Origin: Amoebophrya sp. A120
Lineage: Eukaryota > Protista > Dinoflagellata
Assembly: GCA_905178155.1 (NCBI GenBank)
Contig: CAJINV010000002.1
Span: 1,401,809 to 1,465,808, forward strand
Length of the DNA: 64,000 bases
Direction of reading: 5' to 3'
In this document: in pieces, positions 38,077-49,420 of the stretch
Numbering within the stretch: the first letter of the stretch is position 1
Layout of the letters: each line of letters begins with the position of its first letter
Notes under the pieces: model-generated
Seen by the model: the letters and a program-made list of their open reading frames with translations, nothing else
What the model was told of the DNA's origin: nothing
The model's database searches: none
Translations under genes and position numbers: made by a program

Positions 38077-41000
38077 TCAAATGAAATACGGCACCAAGTT
38101 TCGGGGCGGTGTTGCTTTTGCGCTTTGCTCGACCTCGAGAAAGATTTCAAACCTCCTTTCCCTCTTTTCGTTTATCATCAGAATCGACGCAACATTGCCG
38201 CACCTGTAACAGTATCAAATGCAAAAGTGTCTGGGTCTGGAATGGTCATGCTGTTTTTGCATGACACAGAAGGTCTGGCATGGAAGCTCTAGCATCACAG
38301 GTTTCGAAAAGCGTTCGCAATGCCGAATCCGCATGACAAATCCCCCACTTTGGTGACAGAAAGTGGGCAGCTTGTGCAGCCTACGCATGAGAGATTTTTC
38401 TGTGTTCTGAAATGCGCATCACAAGTTTGTGTTCTTCCAGACCCAGACATTTTTGCACTTGATAAACAGTAATTCGGCGCGGACCAAACCGTTACCAAGT
38501 CGTAATCCTTGGTCACATATGCATTGCAAATATCGCTCTAGGTCTGGAAGAGTGCAAGTTTGTCATGCGTGGTGTCTCACATGCCCCTTAAATCTGTATT
38601 GCAGGATCAGGAAAGAAGCCTCTTGCCTGTCATGCAAAAATGCAGATTGCCATGCAGAAAGCGAAACAAATCTTAGGAGCTCAAAAACTTGTCATGCGCA
38701 GCTGCGTATCGCACTGTGCCCCTCATGATTCACCAACTAGCATCACAAGTTTCCCGACCCAGACGAGCTATTGGCATTTGATATCACATCGAAGTTTTGA
38801 TGATGCGACGAGTTTATCTGGTGGTTCTTTCTTTTCCCGGGTCGTCGGGGGGAGCTGCTATTTTCCGAAGTTATGCCGAACCTATTTGATGGATCACGCG
38901 AGCCACCACTTCCAAAGCCTGTCTGCAACAGAAACGGATCGCTGTCCTCGAAATTTGCTGATTTCCGGCCAGTTCCGAATTGATTTACGTCGTTGTCAAA
39001 GGAGAATGGGTCGTCGCTATGCGTGGACGATCCTCCCGTTGTGGAAAACAAAGACCCGCCAGATGACGCAGCTGCCCCGTCTTCGACGTGTTCATTGTAG
39101 AGGTAGCGTCGCTGGGGACTAGTACTTGCACTATTGCCAAACCCGAAATCATTGTCTGCTTCACCCTGTAGTTGTTCCTCAGACGAATGCATGTTATGGT
39201 ACTCTACCACTGCTGTTTCGTCCATACCGAAAGTGAACATCGAAGAAGCAGCGCCGCTGCTACTCTGCTGATGCCGGCTGTCTGCGATAAACCCAAAATT
39301 ATCCGGGAAGTGGTCTCGTCCAGGTTGATGCGCGATAGTAGTTCCGCCATTTGAAGATGAAAAAACATTCCGTTCGAACATGTAACGGAAGCCCTCCTGA
39401 ACCAACTGGTGTGCCCGCGCGATGATATCCACACCGTTCAAGTGGTATCAAATGTAAAAATGTCTGGGTCTGGAAGAATGCAACTTGTGATGCTGCGTTT
39501 CGATGTCTACAAAATTTGTGTTGCATGAGCAGCAAACAGAGTGTAATTTTTGCTGTGCGGAGAGGGCATTTGTCATGCGGAATGGGCATCAAGAATCCCT
39601 CAAAAAACCTGTGATGCCAGGGCATGCATTACAGGCATCATGGGTCATGAGAAATATGCATGGCAAGTCTTGCATTCTTCCAGACCCAGACATTTTTGCA
39701 TTTAATAAGTGGTTCCAATCTCGGGCGGGCTCCGCGCCGAAGACCCAGCCGGCGCCCCGAGTATGCATTGCAAATATGTCTGGGTCTGGAAAGATTGAAC
39801 CTGTACTGCGTGTTTCGCACTCCAAAAGAAAACTGCATTGCATAAGCAGCAAAAGAAGCGCCACACTGTCGTCATGCAAAAACGCAGTTTGTACTGCGTC
39901 CTGCGCATGACAGACCGTTTGAAAAGTTTGTCATGCTGTGCTGCACTTAAAGGCATAGTCAATCATTATACATTCAGCATTACATACAAGTTTCCAGACC
40001 CAGACATATTTGCAATCCATACCGAGGGTTGCGCTGCCATCCAGTCACACCAGCGTCGGGGTCAGACCTTTTATTTTTGCATAATGAAGTTTGTAATGCG
40101 ACAGCAGCTATGCGAAGCTCATACTCTTCTCATGGTCAGCACGACACAACGATGAGCTACTTAGTTATCCATGAAACCTTCATCGATCTTTCTATGTCAA
40201 AACTTTATACCACACTAAATCCCCAAATGCGCCCTCGTGCGGGATTTCGCACACCCTTTGTATCGTCCGGATTTGGTCAATCAACTTCAAGTCCGGCGCT
40301 AACCCCCCGTGGACGCAGAAAATTTTATCCTCAACGGTCGCCGCGATACAGAGATAGTCGAAGAGTTCCACGCAGTAGCGCCAGACGTTCGCTATCAAAA
40401 TGAATAATCCCCCCTCCCTATATTGACGAGGTGCGTTTTCGAAAATTTGTGTTGCTGATTTGTGACTTCAAATCGCGTCTGTGTTGCAAGAAGGCAACTC
40501 CACAGGCTCCGCCGCATTATGCAGGCAGTTTGTCATGCTGTTGGGCCTACAGTGCGGACGTTTTTCATGCTAAGCGCCTAGGCAAAAACCTCTCTCCCCA
40601 GGCTCGATAAGGGCCTGCAGTCGTCTCCAGCAACACAAATCTGATTTGTGTACGTAAATCCAGCATCAGAAACTTCGTTTTGATACGGGGAGGGGGGATT
40701 TTTCCTTTTGATATTCGCGTTTCCATATTTCCGCACACATTCGTCGAAAAAGCCGTAGACTTGCGTGATCTGCCTGGACTCGTATGGGGGTCTCAGGATC
40801 GAAATCGACAAAGTTGAAATAGTTTGCCATGCAGAAAATGCAGCCCACAAAGTGCCTGTCTTGCGGAGTAGGCAAGTGAGGCAGATTGTAAGCCTGTTAG
40901 GGGCAGACACTGACCTGCTAAAGTAGCATGACAAAAGGCGTCTTCCTTACCCAAACAGCATGACAAACTGGATTTCGGCTCTACCCAAATTTGTCATGCG

Positions 41001-42108
41001 CCACTTGGCAACTGGGTTACAACTTTCATCCATTTTATGCATTACAAGTTATTTCAACTTTGTCGATTTCAATCCTGACACATCCATAACTCGTGGTTCC
41101 CACGAAGTAAAGTGATTTGACTCCGGTACTTCAACTTCAAAAGGATCAATAATTGGAAGGTCTCGACGCTGTTGTACCCTCTATCCACGTAGTCACCCAG
41201 GAAAACATACTGGTTGTTCAAATTCTTGTGTATGTTGTCGATGTCTTCGCCCGCACGTTTGAACAGCTCTAAGAGGTCGTAAAACTGCTATCAAAAGGAA
41301 AAACGCCCCCTCCCCATATCGAAAGCGAAATTTGTGATGCTGTATTTGAGTACACAAATCGGCTTGTATTGCTAGAAGGCAAGGGACGCAGGCATGGCCT
41401 GAATTGCAGGCAATTTGTCATGCTGTTTCCCACTTCCAGTTGCCACCTATCATGCTGAATATGCAAGGCTTTCCCACGCCGGCCAGCACACAGTCAGCAT
41501 CTTTTGCCTTCTGACATGACAGAGCTGATTTCTGGCCACAAATCTGCGTCACAGATTTCCGTTTTGATATGGGGAGGGGGTATTTTTTCTTGAAGATAAC
41601 TGCCCGTGGATGTCGCCGGCGATCACCACGTGGGCCTTGTGGCACTGTTTTATTGCGATTTTTTTTTTCGTGAATAGTCATGGTTTCTCATGCTGACCAC
41701 CAGGTCGAGAGAAAAATTTGTCATGCGATAATTGCAGCGAACAGAAGCAATTCAAATTCTATACCCAAACGGGTACCACCGTGTTCTCCTCGAGGAGAGA
41801 AACTTTGACTTGGCGGCATATTTATCCCACGAAAAAAGTGTTACAGTTACACATTTGTAGTGAATTCAGCAACACAAATTTCCCTGCAGGAGAGAGAAAA
41901 CTTGTAATGCAGAAATCCTACGGGAAAACACCTATCAAACGAGGCTCCTATGCATATCCGGCATGGCAGAGCGTGTCTGTCTTGCTTGGCCTGCAACAGA
42001 ATGTGTAACTGTAGCACATTTTTCTTGCGATAATATTTGCTTCAGCGTCAGTTCCGGGATGAATTCTTGCTTGGTTACCAAACCATGGATCAAGCGGCTG
42101 GGATCCAT
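38077..42108 (-). CDS. PPP6C: Ser/Thr phosphoprotein phosphatase catalytic subunit, PP2A/PP4/PP6 group (closest to PP6/SIT4); 8 elements plus 2 canonical introns (40068-40210, 41636-41764)
   Basis: Spliced motifs [72 protein letters not shown] and C-terminal PYFI. Confidence 0.9.
38213..38464. mobile_element. TAT-ATA element family A
   Basis: TSD AACAG; removal restores NYC-YRCGN. Confidence 0.97.
38518..38783. mobile_element. TAT-ATA element family A (variant)
   Basis: Family A-like TIRs; TSD TCACA. Confidence 0.9.
39446..39707. mobile_element. TAT-ATA element family A
   Basis: TSD AGTGG; removal restores WNH-LNGVD. Confidence 0.97.
39762..40021. mobile_element. TAT-ATA element family A
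   Basis: TSD CCGAG; removal restores NPR-GAGW. Confidence 0.97.
40393..40713. mobile_element. TAT-ATA element family C
   Basis: TSD TTCGC; removal restores YGNAN-VWRY. Confidence 0.97.
40783..41088. mobile_element. TAT-ATA element family D (opposite orientation to the other D copies)
   Basis: TSD ACTCG; removal restores GNHE-SRQIT. Confidence 0.97.
41289..41598. mobile_element. TAT-ATA element family C
   Basis: TSD ACTGC; removal restores DIHGQ-FYD. Confidence 0.97.
41823..42032. mobile_element. TAT-ATA element family G
   Basis: TATC..AAAAAGTGTTACAGTTACACATT / AATGTGTAACTGTAGCAC..GATA; TSD ATATT. Confidence 0.95.
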
Positions 42109-42124
42109 ACCAAGTTCGGTTGTA

Positions 42125-42273
42125 TATCCTGTGCAAAAGTATCGCATTCGTAAAAATGCAACTCTTGCATTACAAATATTTTTCTCAAGGCAAATCAGCA
42201 TGACAAATTTTATTTCTCATGCTGAGAAAATTTGTAATGCATTTATACGAGTACGATACTTTTGCAGTTCATA
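42125..42273. mobile_element. TAT-ATA element family B, probably in the phosphatase 5' UTR
   Basis: TSD TTGTA; an in-frame TGA lies upstream of the ATG at 42108. Confidence 0.9.
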
Positions 42274-42767
42274 TTGTACGCGGCACGACAATTCAGTCGC
42301 TGGCGTTGTGATGTGCGGTAGTTGTTATGCCCACGTCAGGACTCTGCCGAGCAATCGACGATCCACCTTGAAAGAAGAACCCGATAGTACAACAAGCGAC
42401 ATAAATCCTGTCAGTGCGCTGCACAGAGTGGTAGCTATAATGCTCCAGCATCTCTAAGAGAAAAAGGACGAGGAAAACGGAACCTGAGCCATCTTGTCAC
42501 TGTTGATCTTATTGCTGGAGTTACAGCGGAATTATGGTCGCTAAGGTGGAATGAAAAATGAGAACGGAAGGCAAGAACAAAACGTCTTTACAATCTCTAG
42601 TATACTGCTAGCGGCTACTTGGGCAACCATAACTACAGAACGAAAAGAAACTAGCTGCAAAAAAAATCTCCAGCCGCGTGTCGTGCTCGTGCAGTACGTA
42701 AGTACAGTGTACTCAAGTGAAGGTGCAGCCAAGCCGTCGTAGTGGTAGTTCTTGCAGGGATCATACT

Positions 42768-44191
42768 TCGACTACCGGAATTTAAGCACGGGGTCACAAT
42801 TGTCTTCTTTTTGGGCTTGGTGCGCCTAGCCCGCATCACTTGCGTTTGTGCCTGTTTTTGCACCTTTTTGCGTGCCTGATTTTCCGCCTGTTTCTGTAGC
42901 TGTTTCTGGGCCTGTTTTTGCGGCTGCGCCTGTTTTAGTGCCCCCCGAGCCGCCACATTCATAGAAGAGGGCGCTTTAAGTGCCAAAGTGCCTTCTTCTA
43001 CGATAGTGTCTAGTAGGCACATGCATAACACAACGCCGGGCAGTCTACAAAGCACGCTCACGCACGCAGCGCCTGCCTGCCTCAAAAAAAATGGCGCGCG
43101 GAAGGGCATCGAAAAAGATATTCCGGGCGCGCTGAATGAATCAATCTGAAAGAGAATAGGTGCCCGGCAATCCACCTCTTCGGGCATGCCTCTACTCATC
43201 CGCCACAGGGCCTCCCAGCGCTGCAGAGCCCGCGGCGCCTTGAAGTGCCGGGGTCGACTGCTGGCTCTGGGTCAGCTTCTGCAACAGCTGCCCTGTCCTT
43301 TTGTTTGCACTACTCCATTGCGAGCGAAGGGCAACACTCGACCAACCGACCACCCAACCAGCCACCTCTCTCTCTTTGTTGCTAGAAGTCCTGCTGGGCC
43401 CACATCTTAATACCAAAAGCAAAGAGAAAGATACCTGCTAAGAGACGACCACTCCGTGGCGAATAAAGTTCTACAAAAATATTTGCACTTCAGAAGCATG
43501 GTCGTTCCCGATCATATCCGCCGGGGCTGGCATCCCGGCTGCTGACTTCAGCAGGCTGCTTACTTTCTGCTTCCTTTGACATGGACGAACAAGGGTGGGT
43601 TACATCTGCTTTTTTTCAAAAAGGTCTAACCCCCGCTAGTGGGTGGGCACTAGCGGGGGTTAGCTTCGGACGAATGTAACCCACCCTTGTTCATTTGTTC
43701 TAGGATGAACAAAGGTGGGTTACATTCGTCTGACCCTAACCCCCGCTAGTGCCCACCCACTAGCGGGGGTTAGAACTTTTTGGAAAACAGACAACCTAAC
43801 CCACCCTTGTTCGTCGGATCCAAATCATGGCGCTTCACATCGCCGGGTGGGCTCCGGCGATCAGGGTCGGCGAGCCTCCAAAGACATCAACTACAGAACA
43901 GATCTGCAGCGTACCACCCAGAATAAAATATGCCACCATGGTATGGGGCGCGGATTAATATCGCGCAGCAGGCCTTGCTGCAGAGCCCTACTCCCGACGG
44001 AAAACTAAAGGGCTACAATGCGAATTTCGCACCCGCCATGCCGCGCGAAGGGTGAAATGGGACTGGGCATAACAAGTCACGACACAATACCTTGAGCCAA
44101 AAGCCTCCCACTGCAACACGCTTGACATCGATTTCATAATCCACAAGTCTCAATAAGCGACGCTTCAGGTTGACATCAGTGCACTGAATTA
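42768..44191. mobile_element. ~1.42-kb insert between exact 32-bp direct repeats
   Basis: GTCGTAGTGGTAGTTCTTGCAGGGATCATACT at 42736-42767 and 44192-44223. Confidence 0.55.
43584..43815. repeat. 232-bp nested palindrome (double cruciform)
   Basis: GACGAACAAGGGTGGGTTA at both ends in inverted orientation. Each half is itself bounded by that motif and contains the hairpin CTAACCCCCGCTAGTG-N6-CACTAGCGGGGGTTAG. Confidence 0.9.
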
Positions 44192-44878
44192 GTCGTAGTG
44201 GTAGTTCTTGCAGGGATCATACTCAACATACATCAGGATCCTTTATTGAACTCGTAATCGACGCAGATTTTCCTTTGGGGCCGGCGAGCCCGAGGCGCTA
44301 TCAAGGTCATTTCATTTGTGGCCGGCGAACACGAGGCGCCCGAAAACAACGAGGTTGTCGCACTTGCAACCTCAAACGCGAGGTCGCATTCTGGTTCGTG
44401 ATTTGTCTGACTTATGGTACAGGGTGTTCCTCGGAAACGTAGCACAAGTTCAATCGTCTTCCTCGTCTCAGGTGTGGTGAATTCACCACCACCCAAGGAA
44501 GAGAAGGTTTTGTTTCTGTTGCATTTTCTACAAAGCATTTTCCTACAAGGTGGCTCTTATATGTACAGTGAAAACAACTAGACGCCGCTGAGCCCGCGAT
44601 ATTAGGTTAGGTTACCTTACTGTGTAGAGGTTTGTTCTCATCGAAAAGTTATTTGCCACTAGATTTGATTCGGTCAACATCACTTCAGCATCCTGTGGTA
44701 ACAAATCACTTTGCGTGGTGTTCTGATTTAAACTCAATTGTGCCGATATAGATGTTGGTACGGTACTATACTTTGAGAAAATTCGTCGTGCTCTCAATTG
44801 TGCATTTCAACTTGTCCTGTTGCTGCTGCTGCTTCGAACAGCTCTCGTGGAATTCTTGTATGGCATTTTTTCATCAAT

Positions 44879-46320
44879 CTAGTAGTTCGCCTCTGCTGCC
44901 TCTTTCTTCGCTATTCTAGCCTCCTCGCGCTGTACCACGTAATTCGCGTAGAATCGGATACCCCGCCCAAGCTCGTCTTTGGTCACACCTGTTTTATTTT
45001 TTGCAGGGGTTTGTATAGCATGTGCATGTTGAGCATTTATTTCGCATGAGAAATCAAAACACAAAACTGTATAATGAACACTATGCATGACAAACTCAAT
45101 CGAGCAGAAGAGTAAACTAACGTTTAATATACTCGTGTGATCCAGACTCCGTAACTGCGGTACGCAGCCGACGATGAATTGCCGGTAAAACTTCTTTGCC
45201 TCGAACGGGTTGCCGTTTGTCGTTAATTTTTCGAGGCAGTGCAGGGATTTTAATTTCTCCATCTGCGCTAGATTTCCGATCTTGTTGCCGTGCATGTATC
45301 TGTGATGGTATTTTTCTTCGTAATTTTCATCACAGTGGCTGATTTGATTTATTGAATGCATTCGTGCATGAACCTATCTGTGTTGCGCGCCGCCCATGAA
45401 GTTGAACGAAGACAAAAAAAAATTACTTATACAGTGACTTCAGGTTCTCCAAGGTCAGCAAGCTCTTGTCCACCGTAGTCAGCTGGTTGAAGCTGACGTC
45501 AAGCCACATCAGCGACAATTCTGTTTTTTTTGTATTGGACAAATTTATGCATCACATCAAAAAAAATCACTCATGCCATACGCTTCTTGCAAGATCTGCA
45601 TCAAAAGTACGCTGTAATTTCTGTACCTGGTTTTGGTATTGGGCTCTTGGGTATTATGGCGAGTTGCTTGTTTATCTCGTGCAGGTCCGTCAAGTGGTTG
45701 TTGTTTAGCCTGAGTCCGATGATCTGCTTCTTATTGATCAACCTTTTTGGGGAACCCAGTTTCGCGGCCACCGCCGCGTCCACTGCTGTTTCCCGGAACC
45801 GCTCCTGAATCGATAGGTGACAACCACAATGAATGTTGTGCATCACAGAAGTGAAAATCGTAGTCGGATTCGGTTTTTTGCATGACAAAGACGAGCATTT
45901 TCTACTTCAAAAACGTCGTAAAACTCTATCCAAATTATAGTACCTTCAACTTCGCCTCTATGCCCAAGACATCGGAATTTCTTGGCATTTCGTTCCCTAC
46001 ATCCACCACGGCTTTCAATTCCTTGAAGGAGTAATCCACCACGCCATGGTATCCAAGGAAAAAAGTGTTACAGTTACACATTTGTAGTCAATTCAGCAAC
46101 GCAAATTTCTCTGCATGAGAGAGAAAACTTGTAATGCAGAAATCCTACGGGAAAACACCTATGAAACGAGGCTCCTATGCATATCCGGCATCACAGAGCT
46201 TGTCTGTCTTGCTTGGCCTGCAACACAATGTGTAACTGTAACACTTTTCTCTTGCGATACATGGTAGGGCAATATCACGTCGTTCCCCTCCCCGGGAATC
46301 GCGTGCGCCAGGGCCGCCAT
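44879..46320 (-). CDS. LRRC51: Leucine-rich repeat protein, LRRC51-like; 1 element plus several canonical introns
   Basis: Motifs DYSF, LRLNNNHL, WLDVSFNQL, YMHGNKI, NGNPFE..KFYRQF and GVTK occur in the LRRC51 order. Confidence 0.75.
46050..46259. mobile_element. TAT-ATA element family G
   Basis: TSD CATGG; same length as, and highly similar to, 41823-42032. Confidence 0.95.
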
Positions 46321-47441
46321 GGCGATTTCTGTTACTACAACTTTTTGCCCGTGCAGGCGTGAAGTAGCTTCAGCTTGTAGCTTTAGGTAATACTAGAAAT
46401 AAGTAGCTTTCACAGACCTTCCCTCATGGCCGCAACCGATCTAGTGCCCGCAGTGCCATGGGCAATTGGCTAGAGATTTTGCCGATTTTTGTATTAAGAA
46501 TGGGTTTTATCAATGGGGCGGAATAGGAAGTTGGAAATCAAGGGGTATTCAGGAAAGGAGACAAGGTCCTGGAAAATTTGATTAAACATCGTGCTGTGAC
46601 GAGGGAAACTAGAATTCCTCTACATCAAGAGCAAAAAATACGTCGTAAACCTTGTCGCGGCCCTCGTCTCTCTGTGTCTCTTCTTCACGACCTGTGCTGC
46701 CTACTTTCTTATCTCTCTCGGCACTGGTCTGCAAATAACAAACACAATCAAGAAGACCGAGAGGACGGCACTACATCAGACCGGAACAAACGAGAAATCT
46801 CACGCTCGTCACGCGTAGCTGATCTGCAAAAACGAAATTACCGAATTGCTATTGCTCGGATTCGAAAGCGAAGCTTCGAATTGAAAGACGAAATGATTTT
46901 ATTGAATAAAATTGAAACCGACGCAAGTATAAGCTACTACTACTACTCTCACTTCGCTATTAGAATTCTCTCTCCGATGAAACAACAATCAACATCAAAA
47001 ACGAATAACCACGTTACTCTTGCGTTTTCACACCGAGTTTTCAAAACTCGCGAGGGTTATAATTCGATCTTTTCTGTAGTACTTCTGCGGTTGTTGTATT
47101 CAGTATTCTCCTGTTCCCGTGACGGTCCTCGTCATCTTGCGATCGTAGTAGAAGTTGTTCGTTGTACCAACACAAAGTCATGAGCAGTTTTTCAAACCTT
47201 CTTGCGCGCATCAATCGAATACATTCACAATCTGCTTGCACCAGGTGTAGTACCGGCTATGGTACCTACTGTAAAAAATCCGAATTTTTTCGCCGCCTTC
47301 TACCACGTGCAGCTCCCGTGTTCTTCGATACTGAAAAAATCCTACTCATCCGTCGAAAAGATTAACCCGCCGACAGTCGAAAAGCAAAAGTCCGCGTTAA
47401 GAAGTGTTGAAATAACTCCAGTAGACACCTTGGCTTGTTCC

Positions 47442-48697
47442 TTACGTCGGTCCCATCGGCAGGACCAACCGGTTCCCGTACCACTTGGCCATCGCGTAAT
47501 AGTAGAAGATATCAAATGCAAATATGTCTGGCTCTAGAAGGTTGCAACTTGTGATACTGCATTTGGATACTACGAAAATCTGTATTGCATGAACAGCAGA
47601 AGAGGACCAGTTTTTGCCACGTACAGAGGGCATTTCTAATGCGGTATAGGCATGAGGAAGCCCTCACAAAATCTGTGATGCTAGGGTCTGCATCACAGAC
47701 TTCAGGAGTCATCGTCATGCAAACTCTGCATGACAAACATTGCATCCTTCAAAACCCAGACATATTTGCAATGCATAGAAGAAGTCACAGTACAAAATCG
47801 TCTGCACCACTCCCCCCAAAATCGCCACCGGGTCGAAGGTCTGGTCGACCAGGTACTTGTAAATCCAGTTCAGGATGTAAAACGCCCGGTAGAGCCCCAT
47901 CGCCGCGACGAAATGACTCGTCAAGTTCTCCACCTCCCTCATTTTCGCCAACAGCACCAGCTGCGGGGTAATCGCCACTGCTTCCAGGTAGATCGACGTC
48001 GACCACAGCACTTCCGTGATGGCGTATTCTTCACAGGTCAACACCCCGAGCAGCAGCGCCGGGCCGAGGAAGTAGAGCTCGTACTTGAAGGAATCCACCG
48101 TGCGGTCGTAGGTTTGGTTCACCGGTGGTTTGTACCGCATTAGGTAGATCAAGTATCCGGTGGAGATGAGGAAGAAGATTTTCATACAACTGTTGTACAG
48201 GGAAATGAACTCGTACAGCAGGTCCAAGTACCGAAACCCGAAGACCAGCATGTACATCTCCTGCATCCGGCAACTCACGCCCACGTATTGAGAGGAAAAA
48301 TCCCCCCTCCCCATATCGAAAAGGTATGTTTCCGAAAATTTGTCTTGCTGATTTGAGACCACAAATCACGTTTGTCTTGCAACAAGACAACTCCACAGGC
48401 TCTGCTGCATTATGCAGGCGGTTTGTGATGCTGTTGGGCCTACAGCGTAGACGTTTCTCATGCTAAGCGCCTAGGCCAAAAGCTCTCTACTCAGGCTTGG
48501 CAGGAGCCTGCTGTCATCTACTGCAAGACAAACCTGATTTGTATACGCAAATCCAGCATCAGAAACTTGTTTTTGATATGGGGAGGGTGGATTTTTCCTC
48601 GTGATACCACGCAGGACTTGTTCTTGTGAATCTTCCACAGCAGCAGCAATATGCTCGCCAGGTGGAGCATATCGCCGCAAAAGCGAAACAGATTCAT
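47442..48697 (-). CDS. ERD2: ER lumen protein-retaining (KDEL/HDEL) receptor; 2 elements
   Basis: MNLFRFCGDMLHL...KSCV|GVSCRMQEMY...RYLDL...WSTSIYLEAVAITPQL...LYRAFYILNW...QTILYCDFF|YYY. Confidence 0.95.
47510..47777. mobile_element. TAT-ATA element family A
   Basis: TSD GAAGA; removal restores ERD2 DFF-YYY. Confidence 0.97.
48286..48606. mobile_element. TAT-ATA element family C
   Basis: TSD CCACG; removal restores ERD2 KSCV-GVS. Confidence 0.97.
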
Positions 48698-49420
48698 CTT
48701 CGGTTGTCGTCGCTCGTGTGTCGCTTGTCGATTTTATATCAGGTGCTTATTTATTTGAAGTGGGTTTTATTGAAAAAGTCCTGACAAAATGCACACCTAC
48801 AGGTGTCGGATTTCTATGTCCCTAAAATCCATCGGAATTTGGCTAAAGTTGTGTGATGTCATCATGATGGGAAAAGAGTTCTCTTCTGTTGTTCAGGACA
48901 TGGACATCGGGTAGAGAATTGTCTACTACTAGATGGCAGGCTCAAAAAGATCTACATGCTCATCAAATACCGTATACATAGATAGACGTTCATGAAATCT
49001 GAAGGGAAGTATTGAGTCGCTGTCTGGCACCGTTTAATTCGCGGTCGCTTTCGCACACAATGGGCATTGCAAAGCAAGAAACTGAGACTTCTACCGGAAC
49101 AAGGGCTACATCAGTACTCGTCGCGTGCTCAAGTTGATCCTAAAGAGAAATCTCCTGTTCATCCTCGCGTCTGTGCTGTAGTAGGAGTAGCTGTGAACAC
49201 TTGTGCGTTGGATACGTCCAGTTGTGGTATGTTCTGTTGATTTTGAACCACATCGCTACTTTGCTTCCTCTTGCTTAATGTAGGATTTGATATGACAAGA
49301 ACCCATATGTCGCCTGTTTATCTTTTCATCGGTTTAGGTAATCTATATCGTCAAAGACTATCACTCTTTAATTGTCGTGGTCGTCACGCTGCAATAAATT
49401 TACCAAGACCACCTTGTGTT

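Noticed and set aside
42651-43199. Gln/Lys-repeat ORF as a functional gene
   Set aside because: Built on a 12-bp microsatellite-like repeat inside an insert and runs across the insert boundary; no support for coding.
43625-43805. Telomeric repeats (CTAACC / GGTTAG)
   Set aside because: Isolated hexamers inside a palindrome, not tandem.
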